This document shows, piece by piece, positions 14,834 to 15,083 of a stretch of 15,083 bases of DNA; the first letter of the stretch is position 1, and every line of letters begins with the position of its first letter. The position numbers were made by a program, and so were the translations under genes. This stretch comes from a virus. Taxonomy: Duplodnaviria > Heunggongvirae > Uroviricota > Caudoviricetes. Where the stretch lies: the IMG/VR virus record IMGVR_UViG_2571042690_000010. The stretch is one strand, 5' to 3'. The notes under the pieces were generated by a model. The model made no database searches, was not told where the DNA came from, and worked only from the letters and a program-made list of their open reading frames with translations.

Positions 14834-15083
14834 GTAAGCGTAAACTGACCGCCGTATGTAGCCATCAGACGAGAATTGGTAACTTAGACGCCCATCTGAT
14901 ATAGACGGACATCTAAGTATGGAATTACAGGACTGGCGAAAAGAACCTCGTAAAAACTATTCGAATGAATTCAAACTTCGTATGGTGGAACTGGCATCAC
15001 AACCTGGAGCTTGTGTTGCACAGATTGCACGTGAAAATGGCGTCAATGATAATGTTATTTTCAAATGGCTCAGGCTCTGGCAG
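14834..15083 (+). mobile_element. Left end of an insertion sequence, probably IS66 family (partial; continues beyond the window)
   Basis: Homology to the tail gene breaks at a terminus beginning GTAAGCG; IS66-family inverted repeats characteristically start 5'-GTAA. A transposase-accessory-type ORF begins 85 bp inside. The right end is outside the window, so inverted repeat and target duplication cannot be verified. Confidence 0.6.
14919..15083 (+). CDS. IS transposase accessory protein OrfA/TnpA, N-terminal fragment (helix-turn-helix); IS66 family likely, IS3 family not excluded
   Basis: ATG at 14919; MELQDWRKEPRKNYSNEFKLRMVELASQPGACVAQIARENGVNDNVIFKWLRLWQ is open to the window end. The YSxEFK...VAQIARExGV...WLR pattern is the HTH of IS OrfA proteins, and I recall near-identical IS66-family TnpA sequences in E. 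coli. Confidence 0.7.
   Translation, partial: MELQDWRKEPRKNYSNEFKLRMVELASQPGACVAQIARENGVNDNVIFKWLRLWQ

Noticed and set aside
1-15083. Search for CRISPR arrays, rRNA or tRNA genes and long tandem repeats
   Set aside because: No regularly spaced direct repeats, no rRNA-like or tRNA cloverleaf-compatible segments were seen by eye. Short repeats cannot be excluded without a computational repeat search.

Overview
This window is the late (lysis, packaging, head, tail) region of a lambdoid prophage of the Enterobacteriaceae type, read left to right on the + strand. It runs: an unknown 116-aa ORF, a SAR-type endolysin, lambda-like Rz with embedded Rz1, an oppositely oriented bor/iss lipoprotein gene, a 525-bp region with no assigned function, an HNH endonuclease, P27-family small and HK97-like large terminase, portal, prohead protease, HK97-fold major capsid, connector/adaptor/tail-completion genes, an Ig-domain major tail protein, a G/GT-type chaperone pair joined by an A_AAA_AAG -1 frameshift site, a 1077-aa tape measure, and a lambda M-like protein. 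A lambda L-like gene is cut after about 4 codons by what looks like the left end of an IS66-family element, which runs off the window. I found no CRISPR array, rRNA or convincing tRNA, and no recognisable defence, toxin-antitoxin or restriction system. The places most likely to hold something undescribed are the bor-HNH gap (a 40-aa minus-strand ORF with a perfect Shine-Dalgarno plus a 10-bp inverted repeat), the unknown ORF upstream of the endolysin, and a small two-helix membrane ORF between large terminase and portal. All family assignments rest on recalled motifs and gene order; no database search was run.
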